Assembly (NCBI GenBank): GCA_963765205.1
Contig: CAVXVB010000008.1
Span: forward strand, 416,001-480,000
Reading direction: 5' to 3'
Length of the DNA stretch: 64,000 nucleotides
DNA from: an uncultured Verrucomicrobiae bacterium
GTDB lineage: Bacteria; Verrucomicrobiota; Verrucomicrobiia; Opitutales; JABDGR01
Every line of letters starts with the position of its first letter. Within the stretch, counting starts at the first letter, position 1. Under the pieces are notes generated by a model. That model saw nothing but the letters and a program-made list of their open reading frames with translations, made no database searches and was not told the origin of the DNA. This document shows positions 37,454-47,596 of the stretch, piece by piece. Both the position numbers and the translations under genes were made by a program.

Positions 37454-39205
37454 ATGATCATCTGGTTCCAGCGGAATTTTGCCAAGCATAACAAGTGGAT
37501 TTTGATGGCCTTTCTGGTCGTGCTGCTGCTGTCGTTCATCGTCGGCATCGGGGCGGTGCCGCGCGGTTCGCTGACGGCGCAGCGCGAGACGAAGAAGATG
37601 TTCCTGGGCGTGGACCTGAGCAACGCGGAGGAAATGCAGGCCATGGCGCGCGCGGTGGAATTCACCTACGACCGGCTGTATGGGCAGCAGATTGAGGACC
37701 AGCGCCAACTCGGCCTGTTGCTGGACCAGCGCGTGGCGCTGAAATATCTGGCCGGGCAGTGGCAAATCCCCGACCCGACGCCCCAGCAAATCGAGGACTA
37801 TGTCCGGACCCTGCCGGCGTTCCGCGGAGCGGATGGCAAATTCAGCAACGACAGCTACGTCCTGTTCCGCGATGAGGTGCAGGCTTCGGGGAAGGACCAA
37901 AGCAACGAGGCCGCGAGCATCCTGGCGGAGGATTGCCGACTGGACCGGGTGCGGCAAATTCTGGGCGGGCCGGGCTACCGGCTGCCGGGGGATGTGCAAA
38001 CCGTCCTGATGCAGATTCAAAATTCGCAGGACACTTTCAAATATGATTTGGAGGCGGCGACGCTGGACCTGGCCAAATTCGAGCCTAAAATTGAGACCGA
38101 CCCGGCCAAGCTGCAGCCCGAGCTGCAAAAACTTTTTGACAGCGACCCGAGCAAGTTCCAGCAGCCCGCGCTGGCGCAGCTGAGCTACGTTAAATTCCCG
38201 GCAGCGACCGTGCCCGAGGCGACGGCGGAGCAACTGCACGACTACGCGACGGCGCACAAGGACAAGTATCCCGGCATCGCCACCGGAACCATGAGCGACC
38301 AGGATTGGGCGAAGGTGGCCACGGACTGGCGGGCGGACCAAAAGGACGCCGCGGTAACGGCGGCCAAGACGGCGGCGATGACCTATGCGCAGGAATTACT
38401 CAAGCTCCAGACGTCGTTGGGCAAGCCGGATTTCGCCGCCCTTTTGACAAAATATAATTTGACGATGCAGTCGCTGCCGCTGCTGACCCAGGGCCAGCCC
38501 GCGCCGGCGGATTCACCCATTGCCGACGATGTTTTGCAGCAAGTGGCCTTTAACCTGAACGCGCAGCAGTATTTCTACCCGGTGCCGATGACGGACGGGG
38601 CGGCGGCGGTGGTCTTTCTTGTTCAAAGCACGCCGGCGCGCCCTTCGACGTTCGTCGAGGCAAAAGACGCGGTGCTCAAAGCCTATACGGCGCAGGAAAA
38701 GGCGAAGCAAGTCAGCGCCCGGGGCGACGAAATGAGCGCGGCCATCGCCAAAGACCTGGCGGCGGGCAAAACCTTCCGCGAGGCCGCGCAGGCCCAGAAC
38801 CTGACGGTGAAGGATTATGCCGACGTTTCCGACGCGGGCTTGCGTGACGCGGCGATGGAAGTCATGAGTTCCACGAGCAAGGACGCCACGCCGACGACCC
38901 CGACCAGCCCGCTGGCGGCGATGGGGCGCGATTTGCTGGGAGCCCTCGCCAATCCCGACGCCAACGGCGTACCCTTTTTACTGACCCTGCATCCGGGCGA
39001 AGTGAGCAAAATGGTGCTGGGCGCGGACACGGGCGTGATATTCCATGTCACCAAGCGTGAGCCGGCGCAAATCGAGGTGGATGCGCCCGAGGTCAAGCAA
39101 TTGCAGGACTATCTGACGCAGCAGGAGGCCGCCTTTGACGCGGGCCTGAGCCTGACGCGGCTGCTGCAAGCGAATGCGCCGGCGACGAAGCCCGCAGGGA
39201 GCTAA
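37454..39205 (+). CDS. PpiD/SurA-like membrane-anchored periplasmic chaperone
   Basis: N-terminal TM; PAFRGADGKFSNDSY; TFVEAKDAV; GKTFREAA. Confidence 0.6.
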   Translation: MIIWFQRNFAKHNKWILMAFLVVLLLSFIVGIGAVPRGSLTAQRETKKMFLGVDLSNAEEMQAMARAVEFTYDRLYGQQIEDQRQLGLLLDQRVALKYLAGQWQIPDPTPQQIEDYVRTLPAFRGADGKFSNDSYVLFRDEVQASGKDQSNEAASILAEDCRLDRVRQILGGPGYRLPGDVQTVLMQIQNSQDTFKYDLEAATLDLAKFEPKIETDPAKLQPELQKLFDSDPSKFQQPALAQLSYVKFPAATVPEATAEQLHDYATAHKDKYPGIATGTMSDQDWAKVATDWRADQKDAAVTAAKTAAMTYAQELLKLQTSLGKPDFAALLTKYNLTMQSLPLLTQGQPAPADSPIADDVLQQVAFNLNAQQYFYPVPMTDGAAAVVFLVQSTPARPSTFVEAKDAVLKAYTAQEKAKQVSARGDEMSAAIAKDLAAGKTFREAAQAQNLTVKDYADVSDAGLRDAAMEVMSSTSKDATPTTPTSPLAAMGRDLLGALANPDANGVPFLLTLHPGEVSKMVLGADTGVIFHVTKREPAQIEVDAPEVKQLQDYLTQQEAAFDAGLSLTRLLQANAPATKPAGS

Positions 39206-39343
39206 GAATTTCTGATTGCTGAGTGCAGAATTCTGAAGGCTGAGTCCCGAGTGCCGAAGACAAGTTCGGGTATTATGAGATTCTTTAGCCAGAGCGCGGG
39301 CTAAAGCACTGCGCTTCGGATCGAACCAATTTGAAGACAAAGT

Positions 39344-39757
39344 CTACCGGCTCACCGCCGGGTTGTCGAAAAACACCAGCTTTTCGCGGCCGGGTTCTCC
39401 AAGCAGGGCCACCGCCCGGTTCGGGAAGAGAGAGAGCAATTGCTCATCGGAAATCGTCGGCACCGGCGGCGCACTGGCGGCGAGCGGGGCGGGATAGATT
39501 TTCAGCGAAAGGTGCGCAACGGCGAAAGTTGAAATGTTTGCTTGCGGAGTGGCCGGCTCTTTGGTCTCTCGCCAAAGCAGCACCGTGGCCAGCGCCAGCA
39601 CGGGCACAGACGCAAGCGCGGCGGAGCGCAGCGCGCGATGGCGGCGCCGGGCGCGCAAAGCGGCCAGGCTGGCGCCGAGGGAGTTTTGGCGGAGGGTTTC
39701 GAGGGTCTCGTCCGCAAAAACGTCCTTCAACAAATCATCGGGTTCGGGACGGTTCAT
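39344..39757 (-). CDS. Putative single-TM anti-sigma factor
   Basis: Overlaps the ECF sigma stop (ATGA); one TM; ISDEQLLSLFP. Confidence 0.5.
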   Translation of the reverse strand: MNRPEPDDLLKDVFADETLETLRQNSLGASLAALRARRRHRALRSAALASVPVLALATVLLWRETKEPATPQANISTFAVAHLSLKIYPAPLAASAPPVPTISDEQLLSLFPNRAVALLGEPGREKLVFFDNPAVSR

Positions 39758-40413
39758 GGTTGGCGGAGTTTGGCGAGGGCGCGTTCGCGTAATTCGCGGC
39801 GCAGGCGCAAGAGGCGCGATTCGACGGCTTTGACCGTCAAGCCGGTGCGGCTGGCGAGTTCGGCGACGGTCGCGCCGGAAAAGTATTTGCCCTGCACCAG
39901 CGCACGGTCGTCCGCGTCGAGTTCGGCGAGACATTCGTCGAGGATAGCGGTGAGACGCGCGTCGGCGGTGGCGGGCGCGGCAGGAAGTTCCCGGCGTTTG
40001 AAAAAGGCGAAACTTTGCAGGAGCGCGGCGTAGCGGGAGCGTTTGCGGCCGGCATCGCGCGCGGCATTGCGGGCGATGGCTTTGAGCCAGCACCAGAAGA
40101 CCGTTTCGTTGTCGAACGGCCGGGCGGAGCGGGCGACGCGCAGGAGCGTTTCCTGGAGGGCCTCGCGCGCCTCGTCCTCCCGCCCGCGGGCGACGACGAG
40201 GAGGAATTGGTAGAGGCGGTCGAAATACTGCGCGTGAAATTCGCGGAACGCGGCCTCGTCACCCGCCGCGAGCCGTTGCGTGAGCGCCGCGATGCCAAGG
40301 GGCGCGGCGCCATCCATCGGCATGGTTCGGCCAGCCATAGGTCGCGAAGGCGTCAAACCCAAGGAAGCAAGCGGGTGCGTGGCAGCGGAGGGGTGGGCCA
40401 TGGAGGTTGGCAA
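39754..40413 (-). CDS. ECF RNA polymerase sigma factor
   Basis: GDEAAFREF, WLKAIARN, TVKAVESRLLRLR; start uncertain. Confidence 0.88.
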   Translation of the reverse strand: MPTSMAHPSAATHPLASLGLTPSRPMAGRTMPMDGAAPLGIAALTQRLAAGDEAAFREFHAQYFDRLYQFLLVVARGREDEAREALQETLLRVARSARPFDNETVFWCWLKAIARNAARDAGRKRSRYAALLQSFAFFKRRELPAAPATADARLTAILDECLAELDADDRALVQGKYFSGATVAELASRTGLTVKAVESRLLRLRRELRERALAKLRQP

Positions 40414-40425
40414 GGAAGAAGGCGG

Positions 40426-41676
40426 TCAGGGAGAAGCGGACGGTTTATTGGCAAGAAGGCTCCAATCCACGTAAATATCGTCGCCATCCAGGAGAACCAT
40501 GTCCTTGTCCTTTTGGTTTTTCAAGAGCACGGCATCCACATCCACCTTGTAGGTGTGTAATTGTTCCTTGCCGTCTGGTCCCTTTTCCCAACGTAGCAGG
40601 TTCACGATATGCTTGGAAAAATCCGTCCAGCCGGCCATGGTGACAGCTTGCGAGACGGTCAACGGTTCGTAGGAATGCAGCACAATCCGCAATGCGGGTT
40701 GGTGCTGGATTTCGCCAGTGACAAGGACGTAGCCGTTGGTGGCGGCCCAAGCTTTGGCGACATTAGCAGTATTTTGGAGGTCGGCTTGGCTATCCGGAGC
40801 GGCAAACGGGTTGTTGTTGGTATCGGGTGTCTGGGTCAGCGCGCCAATCACTTTATTCGCCACATCGAGTTCTTGAGGCGTGCCCGTGACGACCAGCAGG
40901 TACGCGCCTTTGTGGAACTGATAATGAGGCTGGGTGGCATCCCCGAAGGTCGGGTCCAAATCTTTCAAGGTCTTGAAAATGATGTCGGACACTGCCGCCA
41001 ATTTATCCTGGATGGTTTTATCGTCGGCCTTCCCGTCGGCGGTATTGAAGTAACTGTTCAGATTATACACCGCTATTCCGCGCTCGGGAGTGTCATGCAG
41101 CCGGAGGGCAAAAATGCCTGGGCGGATTTCCTCCGAAAGAACAGCGCTATCGGAGCTGGCTTGGATGGCCGCGCAAACATCCCCGGCGGAAAACTCCGGC
41201 AAATGCAACACCAGGTCGCGCAGTTGATACTGGTCCACACCAGGGCCAAAGACGATGCTGGGGGCGAAACTGCGCTTGTTCATATAATCCAAGATATTGC
41301 CGATGGTGGCCAGGACGGTGTCTTTGCCGTTTTCCAGGATCGCTCCATGGCGAATTTCGAGGTCAAAGGGCATGGTCTTCATGTCACCGGAGGTGCCATC
41401 GAGCATCGTCACATGACCGACCACCTGGCCGCGGGAAATAATATCCTGGACGATAGGCGGCGTGACGGCCGGATGCTCGGCCGATGATGTTGACGGCGGC
41501 GGGGCCGGTGTTGCTGGCGCGGGGATGACTTCGCCCGGAAACGGGTCTCTCACGTGCATTCCATTTTGGTCCACCAACGGAGGCCCGGAGGTGGGTTGGT
41601 CAGCTGCCGCTACCGGCAGCGCTAGGAGCAGGCCGGCAAGGACAAGGCTGGAACGAAGTGCAGAAATAAATTTCAT
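40426..41676 (-). CDS. Exported hypothetical protein with C-terminal SLBB-like domain
   Basis: Signal peptide; VTGEIQ...LTVSQAVTMAGWTDFS...DMVLLDGDDIYV. Confidence 0.55.
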   Translation of the reverse strand: MKFISALRSSLVLAGLLLALPVAAADQPTSGPPLVDQNGMHVRDPFPGEVIPAPATPAPPPSTSSAEHPAVTPPIVQDIISRGQVVGHVTMLDGTSGDMKTMPFDLEIRHGAILENGKDTVLATIGNILDYMNKRSFAPSIVFGPGVDQYQLRDLVLHLPEFSAGDVCAAIQASSDSAVLSEEIRPGIFALRLHDTPERGIAVYNLNSYFNTADGKADDKTIQDKLAAVSDIIFKTLKDLDPTFGDATQPHYQFHKGAYLLVVTGTPQELDVANKVIGALTQTPDTNNNPFAAPDSQADLQNTANVAKAWAATNGYVLVTGEIQHQPALRIVLHSYEPLTVSQAVTMAGWTDFSKHIVNLLRWEKGPDGKEQLHTYKVDVDAVLLKNQKDKDMVLLDGDDIYVDWSLLANKPSASP

Positions 41677-41765
41677 GGCGGGGGATGATTGATTTCGGAT
41701 TCAGTGGTTTCATCCCACTACACGCCCGCCAGGGCGCAAATCACGTAAGTAATTCATTCAAGTCG

Positions 41766-42062
41766 TCAACCCCGGCCATAAATCGAATGGGTACCGATAT
41801 CAAGGGTGTAAATAACCTCGCCATGCACGCAGAAAACCACCCGCAAATCCTTGGCAATTTCAACGGCAAAAATCGTTTCGCCCGCACGGGCCGAAAGCGC
41901 GTGGATTTTGTGCGGGCGCAGGGCGGGATCGAATGGGTTGACTTTGAACTTGGCCCAGGCGGCACGGCTCTGTTCCTTTTGCTCGGACGGCAACGCATGG
42001 AAGTGTTTCCAGAACGTCTCCGAAGCCTTGAATTGATAAGGCTTAACCGGGGTAGGGTGCAT
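41766..42062 (-). CDS. RelE/ParE-like toxin
   Basis: FWKHFHALP...NPFDPALRPHKI...LRVVF...DIGTHSIY. Confidence 0.7.
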   Translation of the reverse strand: MHPTPVKPYQFKASETFWKHFHALPSEQKEQSRAAWAKFKVNPFDPALRPHKIHALSARAGETIFAVEIAKDLRVVFCVHGEVIYTLDIGTHSIYGRG

Positions 42063-42243
42063 GGAGAGCCTTTTCCATGTCTACGACGCGGCCTTCGGCA
42101 ATGTCCTTCAGACCTTGCAAAAACGAGGCAGGAATCGCGTCGCTCTCCGCAGCGCGGCCTGCGCGGGCAGCTTTGCGACGGGGCGGCGACGCGTGGCGAA
42201 CCTTGCGTTGCGGCGGTGCCTTGATGGCGGTCACAGGGGGCAT
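42043..42243 (-). CDS. Putative antitoxin
   Basis: 66 aa, overlaps the toxin start; FLQGLKDIAEGRVVDME. Confidence 0.55.
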   Translation of the reverse strand: MPPVTAIKAPPQRKVRHASPPRRKAARAGRAAESDAIPASFLQGLKDIAEGRVVDMEKALHAPYPG

Positions 42244-42287
42244 AATCGTAAGGATAATACAGATTTAGGGTATCCGCCAAGTCTATT

Positions 42288-42989
42288 TCAATTTCCCTTC
42301 TGTCCATAGTATGCGGTTGCACCGTGCTTACGGCGGAAATGTTTTTCGTGCAGGGCCTTGGGAATCGGAGGCATCGCGGGCTGCAATTGCAGGGTCCAGA
42401 GGGCCATTTGCGCGATGGCTTCGAGCGCGAGCGCGGTGTCCATGGCTTTCGCTGCGGAGACGCCCCAGACGAACACGCCGTGGTGGCGCACGAGGGCCGC
42501 GGGCACGTCGAGGGGGTTCAAGTCGCGGAAGCGTTCGACGATGACGTTGCCCGTTTCCCATTCGTAGTCGCGGGCGATTTCGGCGGGGGTGAGCGCGCGG
42601 GTGAGCGGCACGGGGCCGTCAAAATAATCGGCGTGGGTGGTGCCGAGGTTGGGGATTTCGCGCGCGGCCTGGGCGAAGGCGACGGCGTGGCGCGAGTGGG
42701 TGTGGACAATCGAGCGCACGCCGGTGAAAGCGCGAAACAGGCAGCGGTGCGTCGGCGTGTCGGACGAGGGGCGCAGTTTCCCGGCGACGATTTGGCCGTC
42801 CAAGTCCACCAGCACAATGTCCGCGGGTTTCAATTTCTCATACGGCACGCCGCTGGGCTTGATGGCGAAGACGCCGGCGGCGGGGTCGAGCACGCTGACG
42901 TTGCCGAAAGTAAGATCCACCAGCCCGGCCTGGGGCAGGACGCGGTTGGCGGCGCAGCATTCTTCGCGGATCGTGTAAAATTTTTTCAT
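42288..42989 (-). CDS. araD: L-ribulose-5-phosphate 4-epimerase
   Basis: TFGNVS, IKPSGV, PSSDTPTH, HTHS, GTTHADYF, RKHGATAYYGQ. Confidence 0.95.
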   Translation of the reverse strand: MKKFYTIREECCAANRVLPQAGLVDLTFGNVSVLDPAAGVFAIKPSGVPYEKLKPADIVLVDLDGQIVAGKLRPSSDTPTHRCLFRAFTGVRSIVHTHSRHAVAFAQAAREIPNLGTTHADYFDGPVPLTRALTPAEIARDYEWETGNVIVERFRDLNPLDVPAALVRHHGVFVWGVSAAKAMDTALALEAIAQMALWTLQLQPAMPPIPKALHEKHFRRKHGATAYYGQKGN

Positions 42990-43000
42990 GGAAGAGGAAG

Positions 43001-43068
43001 TAACCACGGAGGACACGGAGAGCACGGAGGGCGGATTTATAAAAATTTCTCTGTGTCCTCCGTGGTTA
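43001..43068. repeat. 9-mer palindromic repeat (CACGGAG family)
   Basis: aaccacggaggacacggagagcacggag ... ctctgtgtcctccgtggtt. Confidence 0.8.
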
Positions 43069-43078
43069 GTTTCTGGTT

Positions 43079-44593
43079 TTATACCGAACCCAGCCCCGGG
43101 GCGAGGTGGTAATACAGTTCGTTCCAGCGCAGTTCGCGCTTGGCGTTGCACATCGTGGTGTGCTCGGCGATGAGGAAAAATTCGACGCCGGCCATATCGG
43201 CGAAGTTCTCGACGTGCTCCTTCGTGAGCGCGGGGCTGAAGGCGGTGTGGTGCGCGCCGCCGGCGAGGATCCACGCCGCCGCCGCCGTCGCGAAATCGGG
43301 TTGCGGCTCCCAGACCGTGCGTGCGACCGGCAATTTCGGCAGCGTGGGGTGCGCGACGGCGGTGACTTGGTTGACAAGGAGGCGGAAGCGGTTGCCCAAA
43401 TCAACCAGCGAGGCGTTGACGGCGGGGCCGGGCGCGGCGTCGAACACGAGGCGCACGGGGTCGGCCTTGCCGCCGATGCCGAGGGGGTGGATTTCGAGGC
43501 GGGGCTGGGCGTCGGCGATGGTCGGGCAGATTTCGAGCATGTGCGCGCCGAGCACTTTGCGGTTTCCTTCCTCAAGATGATACGTGTAGTCCTCCATGAA
43601 CGACACGCCGCCAGGCAGGCCGTCGGCCATGACCTTGAACGCGCGGACGAGCGCGGCAGTTTTCCAGTCGCCTTCGGCGGAAAAGCCGTAGCCGTCGGCC
43701 ATCAGGCGCTGCACGGCGAGGCCGGGCAGTTGCGCGAGGCCGTGCAAGTCCTCGAAAGTGGTGGTGAAGCCCTTGAAGCCGCCCTCCTCCAAAAACGCGC
43801 GCAGACCCAGCTCGATTTTCGCGCCGTCGCGCAGGGCCGCGTGCCGTGCGCCGCCCTTGCGCAGTTCGGGCGCGAGCGCATATTCCTCCGCGTATTTCGC
43901 GCAGAGCCGGTCGGCGGCAGCGTCCTTGACGGCGTGGACTTTCGCGGCGAGGTCGCCGACGCCGTAGCCGTTGACGGAAAAACCGAAGGCGATTTCCGCG
44001 GAAACCTTGTCGCCCTCGGTGACAGCGACCTGGCGCATGTTGTCGCCAAAGCGCGCGAACTTGGCGCCCTGCCAGTCGTGCCACGCGCGGGCCGCGCGCA
44101 TCCACGCGCCCAGCGCGGCGAGGACATCTTTATCCGCCCAATGGCCGACGATGATTTTGCGGTCGAGGCGCAGGCGCGCGCCGATGAAGCCGAACTCGCG
44201 GTCGCCGTGGGCGGCCTGGTTGAGGTTCATGAAATCCATGTCAATCGCGTCCCACGGCAGGTCGCGGTTGAACTGGGTGTGCAGGTGCGCGAGGGGCTTG
44301 CGCAAATTTTTCAGGCCGTTGATCCACATTTTCGCGGGCGAAAACGTGTGCATCCACGCGACCAGGCCGACGCAATTCGGCGCGACATTGGCCTCGTCCA
44401 TGATCTGCGTGATTTCATCCGGGCGGGTCAGGACGGGCTTGAGGACGACCTTGAGCGGCAGTTCCTCCGCCTGGTTGAACGCGCGGGCGATGACCTGCGC
44501 GTTGGCGGCGACTTTTTTCAGCGCGGCCTCGCCGTAGAGATGCTGGCTGCCAACGAGGAACCAGCCTTCGAGGTTTTTGGGGAGGTGGATCAT
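43079..44593 (-). CDS. araA: L-arabinose isomerase
   Basis: [51 protein letters not shown]. Confidence 0.96.
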   Translation of the reverse strand: MIHLPKNLEGWFLVGSQHLYGEAALKKVAANAQVIARAFNQAEELPLKVVLKPVLTRPDEITQIMDEANVAPNCVGLVAWMHTFSPAKMWINGLKNLRKPLAHLHTQFNRDLPWDAIDMDFMNLNQAAHGDREFGFIGARLRLDRKIIVGHWADKDVLAALGAWMRAARAWHDWQGAKFARFGDNMRQVAVTEGDKVSAEIAFGFSVNGYGVGDLAAKVHAVKDAAADRLCAKYAEEYALAPELRKGGARHAALRDGAKIELGLRAFLEEGGFKGFTTTFEDLHGLAQLPGLAVQRLMADGYGFSAEGDWKTAALVRAFKVMADGLPGGVSFMEDYTYHLEEGNRKVLGAHMLEICPTIADAQPRLEIHPLGIGGKADPVRLVFDAAPGPAVNASLVDLGNRFRLLVNQVTAVAHPTLPKLPVARTVWEPQPDFATAAAAWILAGGAHHTAFSPALTKEHVENFADMAGVEFFLIAEHTTMCNAKRELRWNELYYHLAPGLGSV

Positions 44594-44595
44594 GG

Positions 44596-44712
44596 GGAAT
44601 GAAAAATGGAAAATGGAGGCAAAAGAGATTTAACCACGGAGAACACGGAGGGCACGGAGAAAGATAGCGTCGGCTTAAATTCCCTCCGTGTCCTCTGTGT
44701 TCTCAGTGGTTT
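44596..44712. repeat. ATGGAAA plus CACGGAG composite repeat
   Basis: aatgaaaaatggaaaatgga then aaccacggagaacacggagggcacggag ... ctccgtgtcctctgtgttctcagtggtt. Confidence 0.8.
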
Positions 44713-44717
44713 AATTT

Positions 44718-46376
44718 TCACGCGGACTCCTTGATGGCGAGCAAGTCCTTCATGACTTTACCGAGGTTGACATTGCGGACGCCGCCGAGGTTGTCGTGGA
44801 GCTTCATGTAGAGTTTGTAGAGTTTGTTGTAGGTGGCTTTTTCGGCGCGGCGCGGTTTGTAAACGACGTCCTTCCAGCCGGTCATGGCTTTTTGCGCACT
44901 CGCGAAATCGGCGTGGACGCCGGCCATGACGGACGCGGCGACGGCGGAGCCGAGCGCGCAGGCCTGGGCCGAGCGCGCGACGCGCATCTCGCGCCCGGTG
45001 GCGTCGGCGTAGATTTGCATGAGCAGGGGATTTTTCTCCGCGATGCCGCCGGCGCAGACGACCGTGCGCACCGGCACGCCGTAAGCCTCGATGCGTTCGA
45101 GGATGGCGCGCGCGCCGAAGGCGGTCGCCTCGAGGAGGGCGCGGTAGATTTCGGCGCGGGTGGTGTGGAGGGTCTGGCCGAGGAGGAGGCCGGTGAGGCG
45201 CTGGTCCACGAGAATGGTCCGGTTGCCGTTGTTCCAGTCGAGGGCGAGCAGGCCGCTCGCGCCCGGGCGCAGATGCGCGGCCTCGGCGGTGAGTTGCTCG
45301 TGCAGCGCGGCGCTGCCCTGGCACACGACCTCGACCCACCATTTGAAAATATCACCGACGGCGGACTGCCCGGCCTCGATGCCGTAATAACCCGGCAGAA
45401 TCGCGCCTTTGACGATGCCGCAGATGCCGGGAATGTCCGCCACGGTTTTTTGCGCGGAGACGACGGCGCAGTCGCACGTCGAAGTGCCAATGACTTTGAC
45501 GAGCACGCCTTCCTCGACGGCGCACCCGATGGCGCCGTAGTGCACGTCAAATTCGCCGATGGCGATGGCGAGGCCTTCCCGCAGACCAAAGCGCCGCGCC
45601 CACTCCGCGCAGAGCCGGCCGGCGGGCGTCGCAGCGTCGTAGGCCGTATCATAGAGCCGGTCGCGCAAAGCGGCGAGCCTGGGGTCGAGCGCGGCGAGAA
45701 ATTCCTTATCGGGTAACCCACCCCAGTCCTCGGCATACATGGCCTTGTGGCCGGCGGCGCAGACCCCGCGCTTAATGGCCTTCGGGTCGCGGACGCCCGC
45801 GAGCACGGACGGCACCCAATCGCAGAGTTCGACCCACGAATACGCGGCGTCGAACACGGCGGGCGCGGTGTTCAGGCAGTGCCAGATTTTGCTCCACCAC
45901 CATTCGGAGGAATAAGTGTTGCCGCATTTAGCGACATATTGCGGGCGCAGCGCGCGGGCGACGGCGGTGATTTTCGCAGCTTCGGCGTGGCCCGTGTGGT
46001 CTTTCCAGAGCCAGCATTGCGCGGCGAGATTGTCTTTGAAACGCGGGTCCAGCGCCAGCGGCAGGTTGTGTTGATCCACAGGCAACGGACTGGATCCGGT
46101 CGAGTCCACGCCAAGGCCGACGACCTGGTCGGGATGGAAGCTGTCATCCGCCTGCGCGGCCTGGGCGAGCGCGCCGCGCACGGCCTGCTCCATGCCGACG
46201 AGGTAGTCGCCCGGATGCTGGCGGGCGAGATTGTGGTCGCGTTCGTCGAGCAACACACCCTGGCGGCCGCTCGGGTAATCCACGACGCAGGTGCCGAGTT
46301 CGCGGCCATCGCGGCAGCGCACGACGAGCGCGCGCACGGAGTTGGTGCCAAAGTCCAAGCCGAGGGTAACTGCCAT
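44718..46376 (-). CDS. araB: Ribulokinase
   Basis: GLDFGTNSVRA, LWKDHT, YSSEW, CAAGHKA, LDWNNGNR. Confidence 0.95.
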   Translation of the reverse strand: MAVTLGLDFGTNSVRALVVRCRDGRELGTCVVDYPSGRQGVLLDERDHNLARQHPGDYLVGMEQAVRGALAQAAQADDSFHPDQVVGLGVDSTGSSPLPVDQHNLPLALDPRFKDNLAAQCWLWKDHTGHAEAAKITAVARALRPQYVAKCGNTYSSEWWWSKIWHCLNTAPAVFDAAYSWVELCDWVPSVLAGVRDPKAIKRGVCAAGHKAMYAEDWGGLPDKEFLAALDPRLAALRDRLYDTAYDAATPAGRLCAEWARRFGLREGLAIAIGEFDVHYGAIGCAVEEGVLVKVIGTSTCDCAVVSAQKTVADIPGICGIVKGAILPGYYGIEAGQSAVGDIFKWWVEVVCQGSAALHEQLTAEAAHLRPGASGLLALDWNNGNRTILVDQRLTGLLLGQTLHTTRAEIYRALLEATAFGARAILERIEAYGVPVRTVVCAGGIAEKNPLLMQIYADATGREMRVARSAQACALGSAVAASVMAGVHADFASAQKAMTGWKDVVYKPRRAEKATYNKLYKLYMKLHDNLGGVRNVNLGKVMKDLLAIKESA

Positions 46377-46498
46377 GGCTGACGATAAAGACTCTGCAAC
46401 GAAGACGGCAAGTCCGGGTTTCATCTTTTAAGCAGGCGCAGAAAGAATGAGGACGGTTTGGGAACAGAACATACCACCTTCTACCCCGGAGTTCAGCC

Positions 46499-46693
46499 AT
46501 GAGTGAAAACAAATTACCCCAGCCTCCCGAGTTGAACCAATCCATTCCCCCGGTGGTTGAATCAAACGTCCGGAGCGTCACCGAACATCCGCGCCGGAAT
46601 CAATTTTCGGTGGCGTTTTGGGTTATCTTGGTCGTGATTGTGATCATATTTTTTGGGCTGGTCGTAAACCTGAATAGCTTTGGCGGGTATTAA
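46499..46693 (+). CDS. Small membrane protein
   Basis: 64 aa with one hydrophobic helix. Confidence 0.4.
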   Translation: MSENKLPQPPELNQSIPPVVESNVRSVTEHPRRNQFSVAFWVILVVIVIIFFGLVVNLNSFGGY

Positions 46694-46711
46694 TCCAACC
46701 TCGCAACCACC

Positions 46712-47596
46712 ATGGCCCTGCTTGAACAAGTCACGCTATCGAGCCTGGCGTTTCTGGGCCTGTTGCTGGCGCTGTTTGCGCCGGTGGAATGGCTGGTGCC
46801 CGCGCGGAAAAACCGGGCGCAGGCTCCGCTGGCCGACTGGATCCATTTCTGGGCCAACCCGGCCATTGGCGCTGCGGTCGCGTTGACTTTGTTTGCCCTG
46901 CTCGGCGCGACGATTCGCAATTTGTTGCCAGCGTCGGTGCTCGCGTGGACGGGCGGGCAGCCGCTGGCGGTGCAGTTGATCCTCGCCGTGATGCTGGCGG
47001 AACTGTGGGGTTATCGGGCGCACCGCCTGGCCCACGCCAGCCCGTGGCTGTGGCGCTTTCACCGGGTGCATCACAGCATCGAGGAGATGCACTGGGTTTC
47101 GGCGCACCGGCAGCATCCGCTCGACGTGGTCTGGACCATCGCCGGCGCGAATCTGCCGGCGTTCGCGCTCGGCATCGGGCTGCAGCCGCTCGCGGCCTTC
47201 ATCCTGTTCGAGCGTTGTTATACCGTATTTTTGCACGCCAACCTCGACTGCACCTATGGGCCTGCGAGCCGGTTGCTTGCTTCTCCGCGCTTTCATCATT
47301 GGCACCACGACGCCGGAGGCACCGGCGCCCATCGCAATTTCGCCGGGATGTTTTCCTGCCTCGACTGGATTTTCGGCACCTACCGTGCCCCGGCCCGACC
47401 CCCGGAAAAATTTGGCCCGAAGGAAATCGCCCCCGAGGGCTATTGGAACCAAATTCTTGTCGGGAATCCTTCGCCTAAAAATATCATGCGGCCAAGAACG
47501 CAAAACGGGTTCCCGCTCCCTGCACAGTGCTTCCCACCCATCACTTCAAGGGGCGACCGTGATATTCACGCGCATAAAGCGCAGGGGATTGGATGA
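46712..47596 (+). CDS. Sterol desaturase / fatty acid hydroxylase family
   Basis: His boxes HRLAH, HRVHH, HHWHH. Confidence 0.85.
   Translation: MALLEQVTLSSLAFLGLLLALFAPVEWLVPARKNRAQAPLADWIHFWANPAIGAAVALTLFALLGATIRNLLPASVLAWTGGQPLAVQLILAVMLAELWGYRAHRLAHASPWLWRFHRVHHSIEEMHWVSAHRQHPLDVVWTIAGANLPAFALGIGLQPLAAFILFERCYTVFLHANLDCTYGPASRLLASPRFHHWHHDAGGTGAHRNFAGMFSCLDWIFGTYRAPARPPEKFGPKEIAPEGYWNQILVGNPSPKNIMRPRTQNGFPLPAQCFPPITSRGDRDIHAHKAQGIG

Noticed and set aside
46712..47596. Sterol desaturase as part of the hopanoid cluster
   Set aside because: It lies more than 11 kb away, separated by unrelated operons, and the family is broad
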